This document shows, piece after piece, positions 12,446-25,019 of a stretch of 64,000 nt of DNA (its first letter is position 1; every line of letters starts with the position of its first letter). The notes below the pieces were generated by a model, which was given only the letters and a program-made list of their open reading frames with translations, made no database searches and was not told the origin of the DNA. The translations under genes and the position numbers were made by a program. The DNA is from Gracilinanus agilis (taxonomy: Eukaryota), in contig NC_058130.1 of NCBI RefSeq assembly GCF_016433145.1, positions 591,631,900-591,695,899 on the forward strand. The letters run 5' to 3'.

Positions 12446-13779
12446 GCAGAATTTGTAAAATGGAAAAAGAGGTACAAAAATCCAATGAAGAAAAGAGTTC
12501 CATGAAAAGTAGGATTGACCAAATGGAAAAGATGGTTCAAGAGCTTATGGATGAAAATCATTCTTTAAAAATTAGAATTGGCCAAATAGAAGCTAATGAC
12601 TTCATGAAACATCAAAAAACAAAATCAAATCCAAATAATGAAAAAAATAAAAGAAAATATGAAATATTTCATTGAAAAAATGATTGACCTAGAAAATAGA
12701 TCCAATAGAGACAATTAAAGAATTATTGGACTGCCTGAAAGCCTACAAAATTCTTTTGATGACACAAATATAGTGCCAAAGCCAAATAAACCAAAGCCAG
12801 AGAAAGAAAATTACAGAACAATTTTCTTAATGAATATTGATGCAAAAATCTTAAATATAATACTAGCAAAAAGAAAACAGCAATATATCAAGGATTATTC
12901 ACTATGGCGACACTGTTTTTTTTTTTTTTTAACCAGGAATGCAAGGCTGGTTTAATATTAGGAAAACAGCATAATTAACCATATCATTTTCCAAACTAAC
13001 AGAAATCAGATGATTATCTCTAATACATGCAGAAAAAGTCTTTGATAAAACATAACTCCCATTCCTATTAAAAATATACTAGAAAGCACAGAAGTAAATG
13101 GGTCTTTCCTTCAAATAATAAGTAAGATCTATCTAAAACCATCAGTATCATCTGCAATGGAAATACGGTAGAAGCCTTCCCAATAAGATCCGGAGTGAAA
13201 CAAGTATGCCCATTGTTCTTGTAAATTTATGACAAAGAATCCCTAAATTACTCTTCTTATTTATGCCATCTCAAACAAAGTACCAAAAAATTATCATATT
13301 CAACTCAAAAAAATAATAACAAAATTAATCTGGAAGAATAAAAGATCAAGAATAGAAAAAAAGAGTTAATGAAAAAACATGTAAAGGAAGGGAATCTAAC
13401 AGTACCAAATTTTAAACTAATGAAGCAGTAATGAAGCAGTAATTATTAAAACAATGTGGTACTGTCTAAAAATATGAAGGTAGATAAAAAACTTAACAGA
13501 CATGCAACAAAGAATAGAAAAAATTATAGTAATGTTGTATTTGACAAAAATATAGATCCTGACTATTATGATAAAAAATCAGTGTTTGATAAAAATTGGT
13601 GGGATACCTGGAAAACAGTTTGGCATAAGCTGAGTATAGACCAATATTTTACTCCATTCACAAAGATAAGATACAAATGGATAAATGATCTAGACATAAA
13701 AGGAGATATCAAGTAAATTGGTAGAACAGAGAAAATACTACCTATCAGATTTATGGATAAGAGAGGAATTTATGAATAA

Positions 13780-14640
13780 TGTAAAAATAAATAATGGCAA
13801 ACACAAAAATAAAGGACAGAGATATAGGAAGTAAAGGTTGAAAATTGATTCTGATACTTTTGATAGATATTATCAAAAGTATCTTCAGTGGTAAAGTAAA
13901 GTGAAGTTCAAAGATGAACTTCCCTTCAGGACCAAGCATAAAGAATGCTAAAGAGACTCTTATTATAGAAAATAAACTTTTTATTTAAAATATATGAGGG
14001 TAAAAGGATTTCTAAGGGATTCTAACTCCACCCAAATAAACTCCCAGGTTCTGAAAGGAACCGCTTTTCTTGTGGTTCATAGGATACGCTAATCCTCCAT
14101 GATCTAATAAAATTCTATACTATTCTAACTAAAACTACCACTATAATTCTTAACTTCACATTTAAGTTATAAAGATAACCAAGGCTAGTAGGTTGAGTCT
14201 CAAAAAAAATCAGGTTAGGACTCTGAGCCCTAATAGACTCAGAGTCCAAACCAAAGACCAGGTTTTCTTTGGTCTTTTCAGATTTTAAAAATTCTATACA
14301 CAGTAACAGATAAATGAATAGTATTTCCCAAGTTAGAAAAGAAAACATTCCACTCTTTCAAGTCTTTCACTCAGACAGAGATAGAAAGAGGCAAAGATGT
14401 TACCTTCTCTAGCCCTGAGAAAGGAAAAGATCCTGCATGTGGCTCTGTCAATTGCCTGAAGCCGACTGTCAGAATGCCACACCCAGAGTTTGTAATTGTC
14501 ATAGAAAAATGGTTATAACTGCCAACATATGAAATTAACACTCTCTCTCAGCTCTATTTGAAACTCCAATTCTTCCTCAAGCCAGCTTTTCTACTTCTTA
14601 TCTCTAAACTAAAAAAAAAATATTTTCTAATATCATCCTT
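13780..14640 (-). mobile_element. LTR-like insertion inside L1 copy B
   Basis: L1 ORF2 stops at '..gaatttatgaataa' and resumes at 'gtaaacaagagatgg'; the intervening about 860 bp starts with TG, has minus-strand AATAAA (tttatt at about 13980) and marsupial LTR-like composition. Confidence 0.65.
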
Positions 14641-15649
14641 AGAGTAAACAAGAGATGGAAAACATTGTGAGATATAAAATGGATGATTCTGATTACATTG
14701 TATTAAAAAATTTCTGTTCAAATAAAACAAATGTAACCAAAATTAGAAGGAAAGCAGAAAACTAAGATTTTTCAGATAAGAGACTCACATAGAAAATATG
14801 TAGCAAACTTTGTCAAATTTATAGGAATAAGAGCTATCTCCCAAATGATAAAGGGGAAAAAGGTATGAACAGAAGATTTTTGTTTGAAGAAATCAAAGCT
14901 TTATATAGATACATGAAAAATATCCTAAATCACTACTTACTAAGGCAATTTAAACCAAAAAATTCTGAGGAATCATTTTATACTTACCAATTCAACTAAA
15001 ATAACAAAAGGGAAAAATGACAAATTTTGGAGGGATGTGGAAAAGTGGAGACACTAAAACACCCTTAGTTGAACTGTGAAATGATTCAGGCATTTTGGAG
15101 AACAATTTAGAATTACAACCAGAGAGTTGTAAAACTGTAAATATTGGTCTATGGAAAATAAACTATGTGTTCTATAATATTTATAGCAGCTTTCTTTGTG
15201 TTGGCAAAGAAATAGAAATTGAGGGAATGTCTATCAACTGGGGAATGGCTAAACAAATTATGGTAATATGATTGTGATGGAATACTACTGCATTCTAAGA
15301 AATGATGAGCAGATTATTTTTTTAAAACTTAGATAATGAAGAGTAAAATGAGTAGAACCAAGAGAACTATATATAGCTACAGATTTAAGTTTTGAAGCAT
15401 AACTTGTGAATGTTCACCTACAAAGAATAAACAAGAAAATGGAAACACAAATGATATGATCTATATATTTTGCTGAATAATGTCTTCTATGGTTTGGGGT
15501 GGGTAAGAAGGGACCGCATAAAAAATAAAAACAGAAAACAAACAAATATGACCCAGTGTGTAAGGTAGTACAATAATTTCCCTTATTTTTCAAATGAGTA
15601 AACTATGTCTTTTCACTTAAATGATGCCATTGATCACATAGTGATATAC

Positions 15650-15900
15650 TGCCATGCTATTAACATTCATAAATGCCTACTATGGATCAGGCACTGTGGT
15701 AAGCACTAGGAATACAAAAAAAGAAAAAGAAAGATATTACATGTCCTCAGGGAGCTTATAATCTATTATAAGGAGATAAACATGTAAAAATGATGCAGAA
15801 AAGAGGACAGAAGTCTTCAGAGGGTTCTTAGCTTGAGGTTCTGATGTTGACAGAAATTGAACCATGCAGTAGCTAGTAGGAGATGAAATGCTGGCACTGC
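15650..15900 (-). mobile_element. L2 3' fragment
   Basis: 'cattcataaatgcctactatggatcaggcactgtggtaagcactaggaatacaaaa..gtcctcagggagcttataatct'. Confidence 0.75.
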
Positions 15901-16759
15901 CACCCTCTCCTGTCTATGTATTTAAATATGTATGTCTACACATATGTAAACATTTCTCTGCCTGCTTGCCTTCTATCTGTCTACCTATATTGTCTCTGTC
16001 TGTGTATCTGTCTGTGTATCTGTCTGTCTCTGTTTCACCAGGAATAACTTGAAATTATATAGTCCAAACCTCTTATTTTATGGAAGAAGCAAATGAAATT
16101 CAGCTGAAATGATGTTGTTTATCCATTATCAGATAGCTAGGTAATGCCAAAGCATGAATTATAACCAGGATCCCAACTTCTTGATTTCCAATCTAGGATC
16201 TTCACCATACTGAATTATTTCAATATACTCTTTTCCCTTTTCCACATACAAATATAATCTCTACATGGTCCCATACTACCTTTTAGTGAAAAGAACTTTT
16301 TTGTTTTCATTTCTAGAGATGACTAGAAATGCTAGAAAACAGAAATGATTAATAATAAGTTGGAAAGTGTAATGAATTAATATGAGAAAATATACCTTGT
16401 AAGTAAACAGCTATACATTACAAGCTAGTGGAAAGAAAACTTGACAATTTATAGAGTTACATGACTAAGCATTTTACTTCACAGTATATTTTCAAGGCTC
16501 TTTAAAATATTTTCTATCTTTCCTTAGAACCAAACTTAGAACTTTGTTATTGCTTCTAGTCAGAGCTATTGTAAATGTTGGACAATCAGGTCTCCAAACA
16601 ACAAACATAAACATGACGAGCTTTTAGGTTCAAACTTCATTAACATTTTCCCACCATTTTCAGATTTCCAATGCATCAGTGCTCTGAAAATTTAACAAAT
16701 AGCTCAAATAAGCTGGATAAAACTGATATGAACAGACTTCTGATTTTAGGTAAAGGGAT

Positions 16760-16850
16760 TGAGGGGAAAAAAGGAGAAAGAAGAGAGAGAAAGGAAGGGA
16801 AAAAAAAGAGAAAGAGGGAGGAAGGAAGGAAAGGGGAGAGGAAGGGAAAA
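16760..16850. repeat. GA-rich low-complexity tract
   Basis: (GGAA/GAGA)n visible directly. Confidence 0.85.
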
Positions 16851-18329
16851 AATAAAATGTGCTAATAACTTTACAAATATTATCTAACTTCAACTTCAAA
16901 GCAACTCTGGAAGGTAAATGTTAGCTCCCCGTCCCCCAGTTTACCATTTAAGATATCTGTGGTACTTAAGGGCAAGTGTCTTGCCTGTGATAATACAATC
17001 AGCAAGAGACTGAGGCTGGATTTGAAATGAAGTCTTTCTTACTTCAAGCCTAATTGTCCTTCCTCAACTCTCTTTTTCCAGCATCTCTGATTTCAGTAAT
17101 ACTCACACTCTCCTTGAAAACTTTGTTGATATTATTCTTCTCTGTTCATTGTAAGCTAATGGCCACTCTAAAGGGCGGAATCTCAGACCCAGAGCTCCCT
17201 GGAATATGGCACTACATCCTGTCTTTTTTACCCAGGGACTTTCTATCTCATGCTTTTTTTTTTTTTTTGAGACCAAAGGCAAACTCAACAACAGCTTTTA
17301 GCCTCTTAAGGAAGGCATAGGAATGTGTTAAAAAACTAAAGGTAGAAAAGAAAAATGTAAGAAATAAGACTAAGCTGAAAAACACTGTTTCTTGTGTCCC
17401 AGTAGACCATTTATGATCTGACCCCTCTCTCACAAGTAGCTGTTTTTCTTAATGGATGCTGTTGGAACTTGTAAATTATTCATGGCTTTGCTTTTTAGTT
17501 CCAAGTTTGGATTTGGAAATATCTTTACAACTTTAGTGGGGGGACACAAAAAACATCTTATTTATTAATGTCAGTAAGTCAACTAGCATTGTCAGTGACC
17601 AAAATGAGAATAAAAGACTTGGACCCCAATATTGCTGAATGAATAATTTGTCATATGGCCTCGTACCCATGCTGTTCACCTTTAATTGTCTTTATTTTTT
17701 TAAACAAATGACTATGAGGGTAAAATATTTCATTCCAGTGATGATTAGGACCTATTTACACCACCTCCTTTATTTTCTAGTACTTGGAAAGAATATAGGG
17801 TAGGAGTAGAATAAGAGGCTGGCAACCTAGATACATGCCTTGGCTTTTCCTGGAATAAAAAAAATGATAAGTAGAAATAAGCAGGGCATATTTTTATGTG
17901 TACATATTTTGTTTTGTCAAATTATGCCTTCTCTAGTGTGGGGAGAGGAGAGAGGAAGGGAGGGAGTTACCTGGAAACTTTAAGGGAACAAACCAATTAA
18001 TTAATTAATTAAAAAACAAGCAAGTATCTTGAACAACTTATCTTCTCTAAATCTTTTCCCCTAAGAGGCCAATTATGAGCTGGCTCCTTTCTCACAAGCA
18101 GCTAGTCTAGGAAGTAGATCTCAGTTTCCTCAACTATAAAATGATGAGGTTTTGTTAGAAAGTTACTAATATCCTTTCCAGTTCTTAATCTAAGATCAGA
18201 TCTTCCCTAATATTCCTTGATAAAGTGATTTTTCCCTCTTTATATTTCAAATATTAAGCTATATATAATATTCTCTTGATTTTACTTGTTTCACTTTTTT
18301 ATAATTTCTTATAGATTTTTCCATTTTAA

Positions 18330-18720
18330 AAAATTGATCTTCTCATCTTTTCTTATGACTCAATAGTATTCCATGACAATCATATGCTACAATTTGCTTA
18401 GCCATTCTCCAATTTATAGGCATTCCCTCAATTTCCTGTTCCTTGCCACCACAAAAGGGCTGATATAAATATTTTAGAATATACAGATTCTTTCCACCTT
18501 TTCCCTGATCATCTTGGGAAATAGACTAAATGATGATATTGCTGGGTATTCATGGTTTTATAACCCTCTGGGCATAATTCCAGCTTGCTCACCAAAATAG
18601 TTGGATCAATTCACAATTCCACCAATAGCGTATTAGGGTTCCTGTTTTTCCACATGCCTTACAACACTTGTCATTTTGTCCTTTTACTATTTTAGCTAAT
18701 CAGATAGGTGTGTTTATTTC
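18330..18720 (-). mobile_element. Old L1 ORF2 3' fragment
   Basis: 'caatagtattccat..ccattctccaatt..gggcattccctcaatttcc..tttgccaccacaaaa..gctgatataaatatttt..cacaattccacc' parallels the 8420-8780 L1 segment at higher divergence. Confidence 0.85.
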
Positions 18721-18978
18721 ATTTTTACAATATGAATTTTCTCTTTTATTAAGATAGCAAACATATATAAACCTTTCAATACACAAAGGACAAAAAGAGG
18801 GCAATAAATAAAACTGTGAGCTGAAGATCATGGTTATGTAAAGTCTCATTTTTTCTTAAAAAGTGTAAATTAAATTTTAATATAGTTATGATAAAGCTTT
18901 CCTGCTTAGCTTTCTTGCACTTTCTTTAGCTTTCTTTTCTGTGTTGTTTAATTTGTGCCATTGATGCACTTTTTTTTT

Positions 18979-19222
18979 AGGCAGTTATGTAGAACAGCTT
19001 ATATGGCACTGGGCCTGCACTTAGGAAGACCTGAGTTCAAATCAAGGCTCAGACACCTACTAGTTGGGTAACCTTGAGCAAGTCATTTTCCTTATATTTC
19101 AGTTTCCTTCTCTGTAATATGACAATAATAACTTCACAGTGTTGTTGTGAGGATCAAATGAAATAATATTAGTAAAGTACTAGCATTAAGTAGATACTTA
19201 ATCAATGCTTGTTTCCTTCCCC
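18979..19222 (+). mobile_element. MIR/CORE-SINE, near full length
   Basis: 'gggcctgcacttaggaagacctgagttcaaatc..ggctcagacac..ttgagcaagtca..cagtttcc..gttgttgtgaggatcaaatga' followed by an L2-like tail. Confidence 0.8.
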
Positions 19223-20479
19223 ATCTTTTTATATCTTATTGCATTTTTCTATATACCTCTCTTTTCCTGATTGCATCCTATTTTGTGTCTTGTTGATATG
19301 TTTACATGCTACATGCCCCCATTCTATTATCAATCCCTTAAGAGAACTAACCCTGAGGATGACAAGATAGTGATTGCTTTGCCCATTTGAATCCTCACTC
19401 ATTCTTTTGAGACATGAGGACCTCTTGATTCAATCTGAAGGATGTAGAAAGAAGAAGAAGGAAATAAATAGTTGGGTAGGCATAGACATTTTACTACTGT
19501 CTTATGTTTCTTTAGTGTCTCACCAAAATTTCTCTAACATTCCTTGGGGAATCTCTGGATTTATCTATGTGGGACATAAGTATGTAATTGAGTAGTGATT
19601 CTTGCCCTCTCTGATAAATACCCTAATATCCTTTCCTGAGAGTAATTGGCATGGATGGTTTATCTGTGAGAAAAATCTTCCCTTGACACTTAAACATATC
19701 AGGGAAAACAACTCCAAATTTTCTGTACCAAATACTGTATAATTATTCTAATACTCCTCACATTTCCCATAACCCCCTCTATATACCTCATTTTTAGAAT
19801 AGTCATTTTAGTTACACACTTCAGATGTCTGTAAAAACTTATCATAAAGATTATATGAGAAAATCATTAAGGTGTTTTTGATATCTGGCATTCTCCAACC
19901 CTTGATTTCTTTAGATCTAAGTTGATTTCTTTTTAGTCCCTAGTTGTATGAATAGGGGAGTATTCATAGGACTAATTTACTTCATGAAATAAAAGCTCTT
20001 CTTGATGTTTTGGCTTTTAAGGACTGAAAAGTTCATGTTTCATCTTGTTCCTCTCTAATTTATCATTCAGAACTTGTTAGAAAGGATTCATGTGTTTTTG
20101 TCTTTTCTTGGAACTATCCTGTCATGTTGCTGTAACTCTCCTCACCTCCCCCAGCCCATTTCATATTACTAATGATTATATCCTTTCACAGAAATCATCC
20201 ATTTTCTGTCTCTAGCTTCCAAGGGAAAAGGAAAAAAATCTCCATTTCCTATTTTATTTGTCTTTGTTGCATAATGATCATTAATGCCACAGGGTTCAAA
20301 AGTACTTGTTAATGGCAGGAAGGGTAGAGAAGGGTAAAAACATCTTAATGGTAAAGACATCAAAGGAAACATGAGTGAACCATGGACCAGAAGGAAATAA
20401 TTGGCTTTTAGTGCTGTGTTGTCCTCTTCCCCAGTCTCATTCACCCTTTTTAAAAAAAATAATTTCTGTTTCTCTTCAT

Positions 20480-20712
20480 TTATTTTTCAGTCATATCTTA
20501 CTCTTTGAGATCCCCTTTCTTGGCAAAGATACTGTAGTGGTTTGCTATTTCCTTCTCCAACTCATTTTACAGATGAGGAAACTGAAGCAGAGTTAAGTAA
20601 CTTGCCCAGGGTACTCATTTGGTAAGTGTCTGAGACCATATTTGAACTCAGGAAACTCAGGTTTTTCTGATTCCAGGTCACGAGCTCTCTCCTCTGTACT
20701 ACCAACTTGCTC
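20480..20712 (-). mobile_element. MAR1-type CORE-SINE (RTE-derived tail)
   Basis: 'ttcttggcaaagatactgtagtggtttgctatttccttctccaactcattttacagatgaggaaactga' combines an RTE/BovB-like tail with the CORE. Confidence 0.82.
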
Positions 20713-20779
20713 CTTTAATAATAGTTGTTATTTTTTACTCAGTTAATCACCATCACCTTAAGGTTCTCATTGTCTTTTA

Positions 20780-21975
20780 ATTTGACTCCCTGCTTCAAGT
20801 CTCTTTCCTGTCTGGCCCATTCTTTATAATATCCTTACTTCAAACACTCTGTGTTCTAGTTCTCCTGACCTGAATTTTGTTCCTCTTATGCTATTTCCCA
20901 CTTCCATATGTTTGCATTGACAATACTGATTCCAGAAATATACTTCTTCTTCACCTCTGCTTTCTCATGTGGATAGTTATCTTCCAAAACATAGCTTAAA
21001 GTAACTGTCTACAAGAAACCTTTCCTGATCCCCAAGATGTTAATGTCCATTTAGATTATTTTGAATTTACTTATAGGTGTACATGAGTATAACATCCTTG
21101 AGGGCAAGGGCTGTTCCATTTCTATCTCTACATCCTGTGAAGAATGAATCAAACTTTCTTTGTCTACCAATCAACAATTTTTAAATTAATCAATCAAAAA
21201 CTTAAACACCCTACTTAACACTAAGTAAGAGAGATCCCAAGTCACTTGCTAAAGAGGGTGACAACTCCTGAGGCCACTGGCTATCCCTAGGGCAGTAAGC
21301 AAATTGAAAGACTGAGATTGGTTCCTGTAAAATGGAGAAAGGGACAGGAAGTGATGTGGAAAAAGGACTATAAAATTTCCTGAACTTCCTGTCTCTGGGG
21401 TGTTGGGCTAAAATGTTCAGCTTGAGGATCTTCAGCTTGATCCTTTGGTTTTGATCTTGGGCTTGGATCTTCTCCTTGGTACTTTGTCTCTGGACTTTAC
21501 CTTGGGAGACTCTGCATCAGTGAGCTGTATGAGTAGCTGACCTTCCTTTTCAGGCTTCTGGAGAGATTAGTTCTGGAGAGGCCTTCCTTTCCTGGATGAG
21601 GCTGCATTGGTAGAACCTGTGCTCAAGATACCACTGGACTTCTGACTGAGGATTACTAGAAAATCCACATGAGGACAAGGGATGTGGTGAAGCCCTGCCA
21701 GGGCTGAGCCCCACATCAGAGCAGCATTTAGGGTGATAGGCTAGATAATTTTCTACCTTCTTCTATTTTCCCACTTTCATTCTTTGTATCTCTTTGTAAA
21801 TAAAGCTACTAAAAGTCATTTTTACTTGTTATAATATCTTTAAAATGGTGACCACAATATCACTATAGAGTTCTCATATTAGCATAAAACCTAAATTGTA
21901 AATTCTTATAATCCTCTGAGTCTAGCATAGTGATTGGCACATAAAAGATGTTTAGATGCTTACTGAATAAATAAT
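20780..21975 (+). mobile_element. L2 3' fragment interrupted by the LTR at 21136-21910
   Basis: L2 3' sequence '..cttgagggcaagggctgttccatttctatctctacatcc' resumes after the LTR as 'tctgagtctagcatagtgattggcacataaaagatgttt..tgcttactga'. Confidence 0.75.
21136..21910 (+). mobile_element. ERV solo LTR (775 bp, 4-bp TSD, ERV1-like)
   Basis: TG start and ..ttata end (degenerate CA); TSD atcc on both sides; TATAAAA at 21369; AATAAA at 21799. Confidence 0.85.
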
Positions 21976-23109
21976 AGAATAAAAGACCTGAATATACTGT
22001 TCTTTATAGGTTCCAGAGAATTTGAGAAATCTCATCTTATCTTCACAATAACTGTAAGGCAGGTAGTGCAAATACTATTAGCCCCATTTTACAATTAAGG
22101 AAACCAAGTTCTGAAGAAGTTGTTAGACCACCTAATGAATAAGCAATATAGATGTATACCTTGGCTTTTGAAATAAAATCATGAGCTCTTTACATTGTTA
22201 CATAATTTTTCCTTTGTAATAAGTCATCAAGACAAATATATGCTTGGATTAATCTTCTCAATTGCTATAATTCTTGGAAGGAAAGGATAGTATCAGAATT
22301 ATAATCTGAAGTCCTGGGTTCTAGTCTCAGCTTTAGTTTGAACTTGCTCTGGACAAGTCTTTTCACCCAGAGCTTGGGTTAGGTGATTTTTAAGATTCCA
22401 TTTGGCTCTTCAATAATAATACCTAAAGCTAGAGAGGAAGAAGATGAGCCAATAAATAAAACACATTTAGTCTTCTTCAAAATAGTATCATTGCATATAT
22501 TAGTCCAAATGGACCTTAGAAGTAATTTTTTTATAAATGAAAGAATTTCAAAAATTACAAATTGAGTACTATGTATTCAGATATACTAATATATGTAGGA
22601 ATATGGAGGAGTATAGGAGTATGTAGGAATTCTTCAACACTCTATAATGTTGTAGGTGTGAATACTCCTTCCCAAAATGGATTTTTTAGTGCTTATATTA
22701 ATTTAGTAGATTACTTTTCATAATAGATATAAATAACAAATTCATTGCCTTAAAGCCAATATGAGAATGAGCTAGTATGGCCCTCATATAACAGAGAAGC
22801 AGTCTATCCTGGGCACCATATTTGGATCCCTTCTATCTAGATAGGAATGGTCAGACCTTTTGGTCTGGCATGACCTTTGAGAATTTACTCATTTTTGTGC
22901 CACATTGACACATGAGAATAGAGTTTTTAATGGTGAGAAATCTAATCTATATAATAGAAAAATAATGTGTGTGAAAAGTGAAATCTTTGTTCTTAGTTAT
23001 TGCCACTGTCCCTCCATTCCTAAACCTACCCCACCATATGTTAAATCTTGCCATTAGAAAGTAATAAATAGTAAAGAATTCAGCTTTGTCTTGTTTGGAG
23101 GACAACTCA

Positions 23110-23400
23110 AAGCAGTTATTAAATGCCTACTTTGTGCCTGGCATTGTGCTAAATGTTCAGAATACAACCAAAAGTATAAGGCAATCATTGTCCTCTAAAA
23201 GTTTAAAATTTAATGAGGAAAGATAACTCATGAAAAGAAGATGAAAAGTAAGAGTTGGAATGAGAGAAGCTCCCTGATTCATGATGAAGTTATATGGAGG
23301 GAATGTAGGAAATGGTCTGAGAAAGTGTGAATCTCTGGGTTGATTTTATCTTGCAGAATGATGAGTTTCTGGAAATGATGAAGCTCAAGAAAGTAGTTAT
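23110..23400 (-). mobile_element. L2 3' fragment
   Basis: 'ttattaaatgcctactttgtgcctggcattgtgctaaatgttcagaatacaa..tgtcctctaaaagtttaaaatttaatgag'. Confidence 0.7.
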
Positions 23401-23854
23401 GTGGGAAAACAATAAATTAATAAATACCTATATTGGCTTACAACCATTATAATTTCTTGGCCTGTACATATAGGATAAACCTTGGTCATACATTCAAGTA
23501 AACACAATTTGGATTCTGGCAGGGGGTGAGAGAGGAATTCACCATTTCACAAAAATCATTTGTAAAATCTGCCTTCCCTAAATCTTCCTGTAACATGGAA
23601 AAACTCATCAGATTAAAGCCATGAAGTTCTATTAAATCACAGCAACTATTGGAACTCTTAGTTACAATTAGTTTGGTGATAGGCATTATACAAAAAAAGT
23701 TGTACACAAATTTCCCTTTCAACTGGAAAGACTAAGAAAGTATCAAAGACATGAACATTGCCAATTGGAGGGAATGACTTCTAGTGACTGTTGTTTATTC
23801 TTTGTTTTCAAAAAAGGACGAATGACATCATGGGTAATGCCTTTACTTGTGCAT

Positions 23855-24437
23855 TGTAATAATTAAAAATAAATTATGAGGCTTTTAGTAGCTTTATTAC
23901 ATTAAAGTAGAATAGGGAAATGCAGGAAAGAGGTAGGGAGTTGCCTAGCCTACCACCCTTCAGCAAGAGTCACCAACACCAGAGTCAGATTTCAAATCCT
24001 AACGTGAATCCTAATGTGAATGAGAATATCCATCAGAATCTTAATGGGAATTAGAATGGGAATGGCAATCTGAATGTCCTTTCAGCAAGAGCCACCAGCG
24101 CCAGAGCCAGAGAGAGAATCTCTTCTAGACCCCCAGTCTCCCCTTTATAAGTCTATTTCTCCACCCATTAGCTCTCCCACATCACATCTCAAGAACCAAT
24201 CACAGTTTCTTAATTTGTCTGGCACTGCCCAGTGGGGAAGAGCTTGTGGGATCAATTTGTGGGATCAATTTTTTGTCTCGTTGGTTTCAACTTCCTTTTA
24301 CTGTGGGCTTGTGCATCCCTGCAAATCTCAATGTTAAAGGATCGCCAGGTCCCTGATTGATTAAATTAAAAAGGAGAAGAATTCCAAGACCCTGATTGAT
24401 TAAATTTAAATAAAGGGAGATGAATTTCTTTCTCACA
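23855..24437 (-). mobile_element. ERV solo LTR (583 bp, TSD GCAT)
   Basis: TG...CA termini; gcat at 23851-23854 and 24438-24441; minus-strand TATAAA (24144-24149) and AATAAA (23893-23898); CCAAT at about 24196. Confidence 0.9.
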
Positions 24438-24449
24438 GCATGAATAAGA

Positions 24450-24630
24450 ATTTTAAAAAAACACTTACCTTCTCTCTTATACCAAGTATTGATTCCAAGG
24501 CAGAAGAGTGATAAGGGCTAGCAATTGGGTTAGGTGACTTGTCCAGGATCACACAGCATGAAGATATGATGACAGATTTGATCTTTGGACCTCCCATCAC
24601 TAGGCCTGTCTCTCTAACCTCTAGACCACC
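24450..24630 (-). mobile_element. Older SINE1_Mdo-like SINE
   Basis: 'cttaccttc..gtattgattccaaggcagaagagtgataagggctagcaattggg..gtgacttgtccaggatcacacagc..cctaatcgcccc' is the reverse complement of SINE1. Confidence 0.85.
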
Positions 24631-25019
24631 TAATCGCCCCATTAATTGGATTTAAGTGAGGCAGAGTTGCACAAAGTCATTAGTCTCACTCTCTTTTACT
24701 GTCATCAAAGTTAAGATAACTGGCGATGGTCCTAAATGGAGTGGATGACAAATTGTTCTCATCTACTTTCCACTGAGAGATGTCTTCACATCCTTGGAGG
24801 ATACACACTCCCTGCCACACTGATGGATTGGTACCCATTGGGTACTCTAAACCTGGCAGTCTTACTGTTGGGTGTCTGCACATGCTTCTTGGAGTCACAG
24901 GTGAGAGTTGGGTGACAAGTGGATGCCAATGGTAGATGAGCAGCCCTGAAGAAGTATTGGGTAAGTCCTCATACCAGCAGTGCTAGTCTTCTTTGAACAT
25001 CCTATACACCCCATTTTTA

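Larger units (their letters stand above)
11507..15560 (+). mobile_element. Old L1 copy B: 5' UTR, ORF1 N-terminal half, deleted ORF2 pieces and 3' end; interrupted by an LTR
   Basis: New 5' UTR from about 11510; ORF1 from atgagcaaacaac at about 12148 (..[34 protein letters not shown]); ORF2 pieces [50 protein letters not shown]; 3' end with CPSIGEWLNKLW-like segment at about 15230. Confidence 0.88.
23790..25010 (-). mobile_element. Marsupial RTE-derived element (RTE1_Mars/WALLSI-like), split by an LTR and a SINE
   Basis: 'tgttgttt..aaaggacgaatgacatcatggg..acttgtgcat|gaat..tggatttaagtgaggcagagttgcacaaagtca..ggagtcacaggtgagagttggg..gtgctagtcttctttgaaca' matches the common marsupial RTE-related repeat as I recall it. 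Confidence 0.75.
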
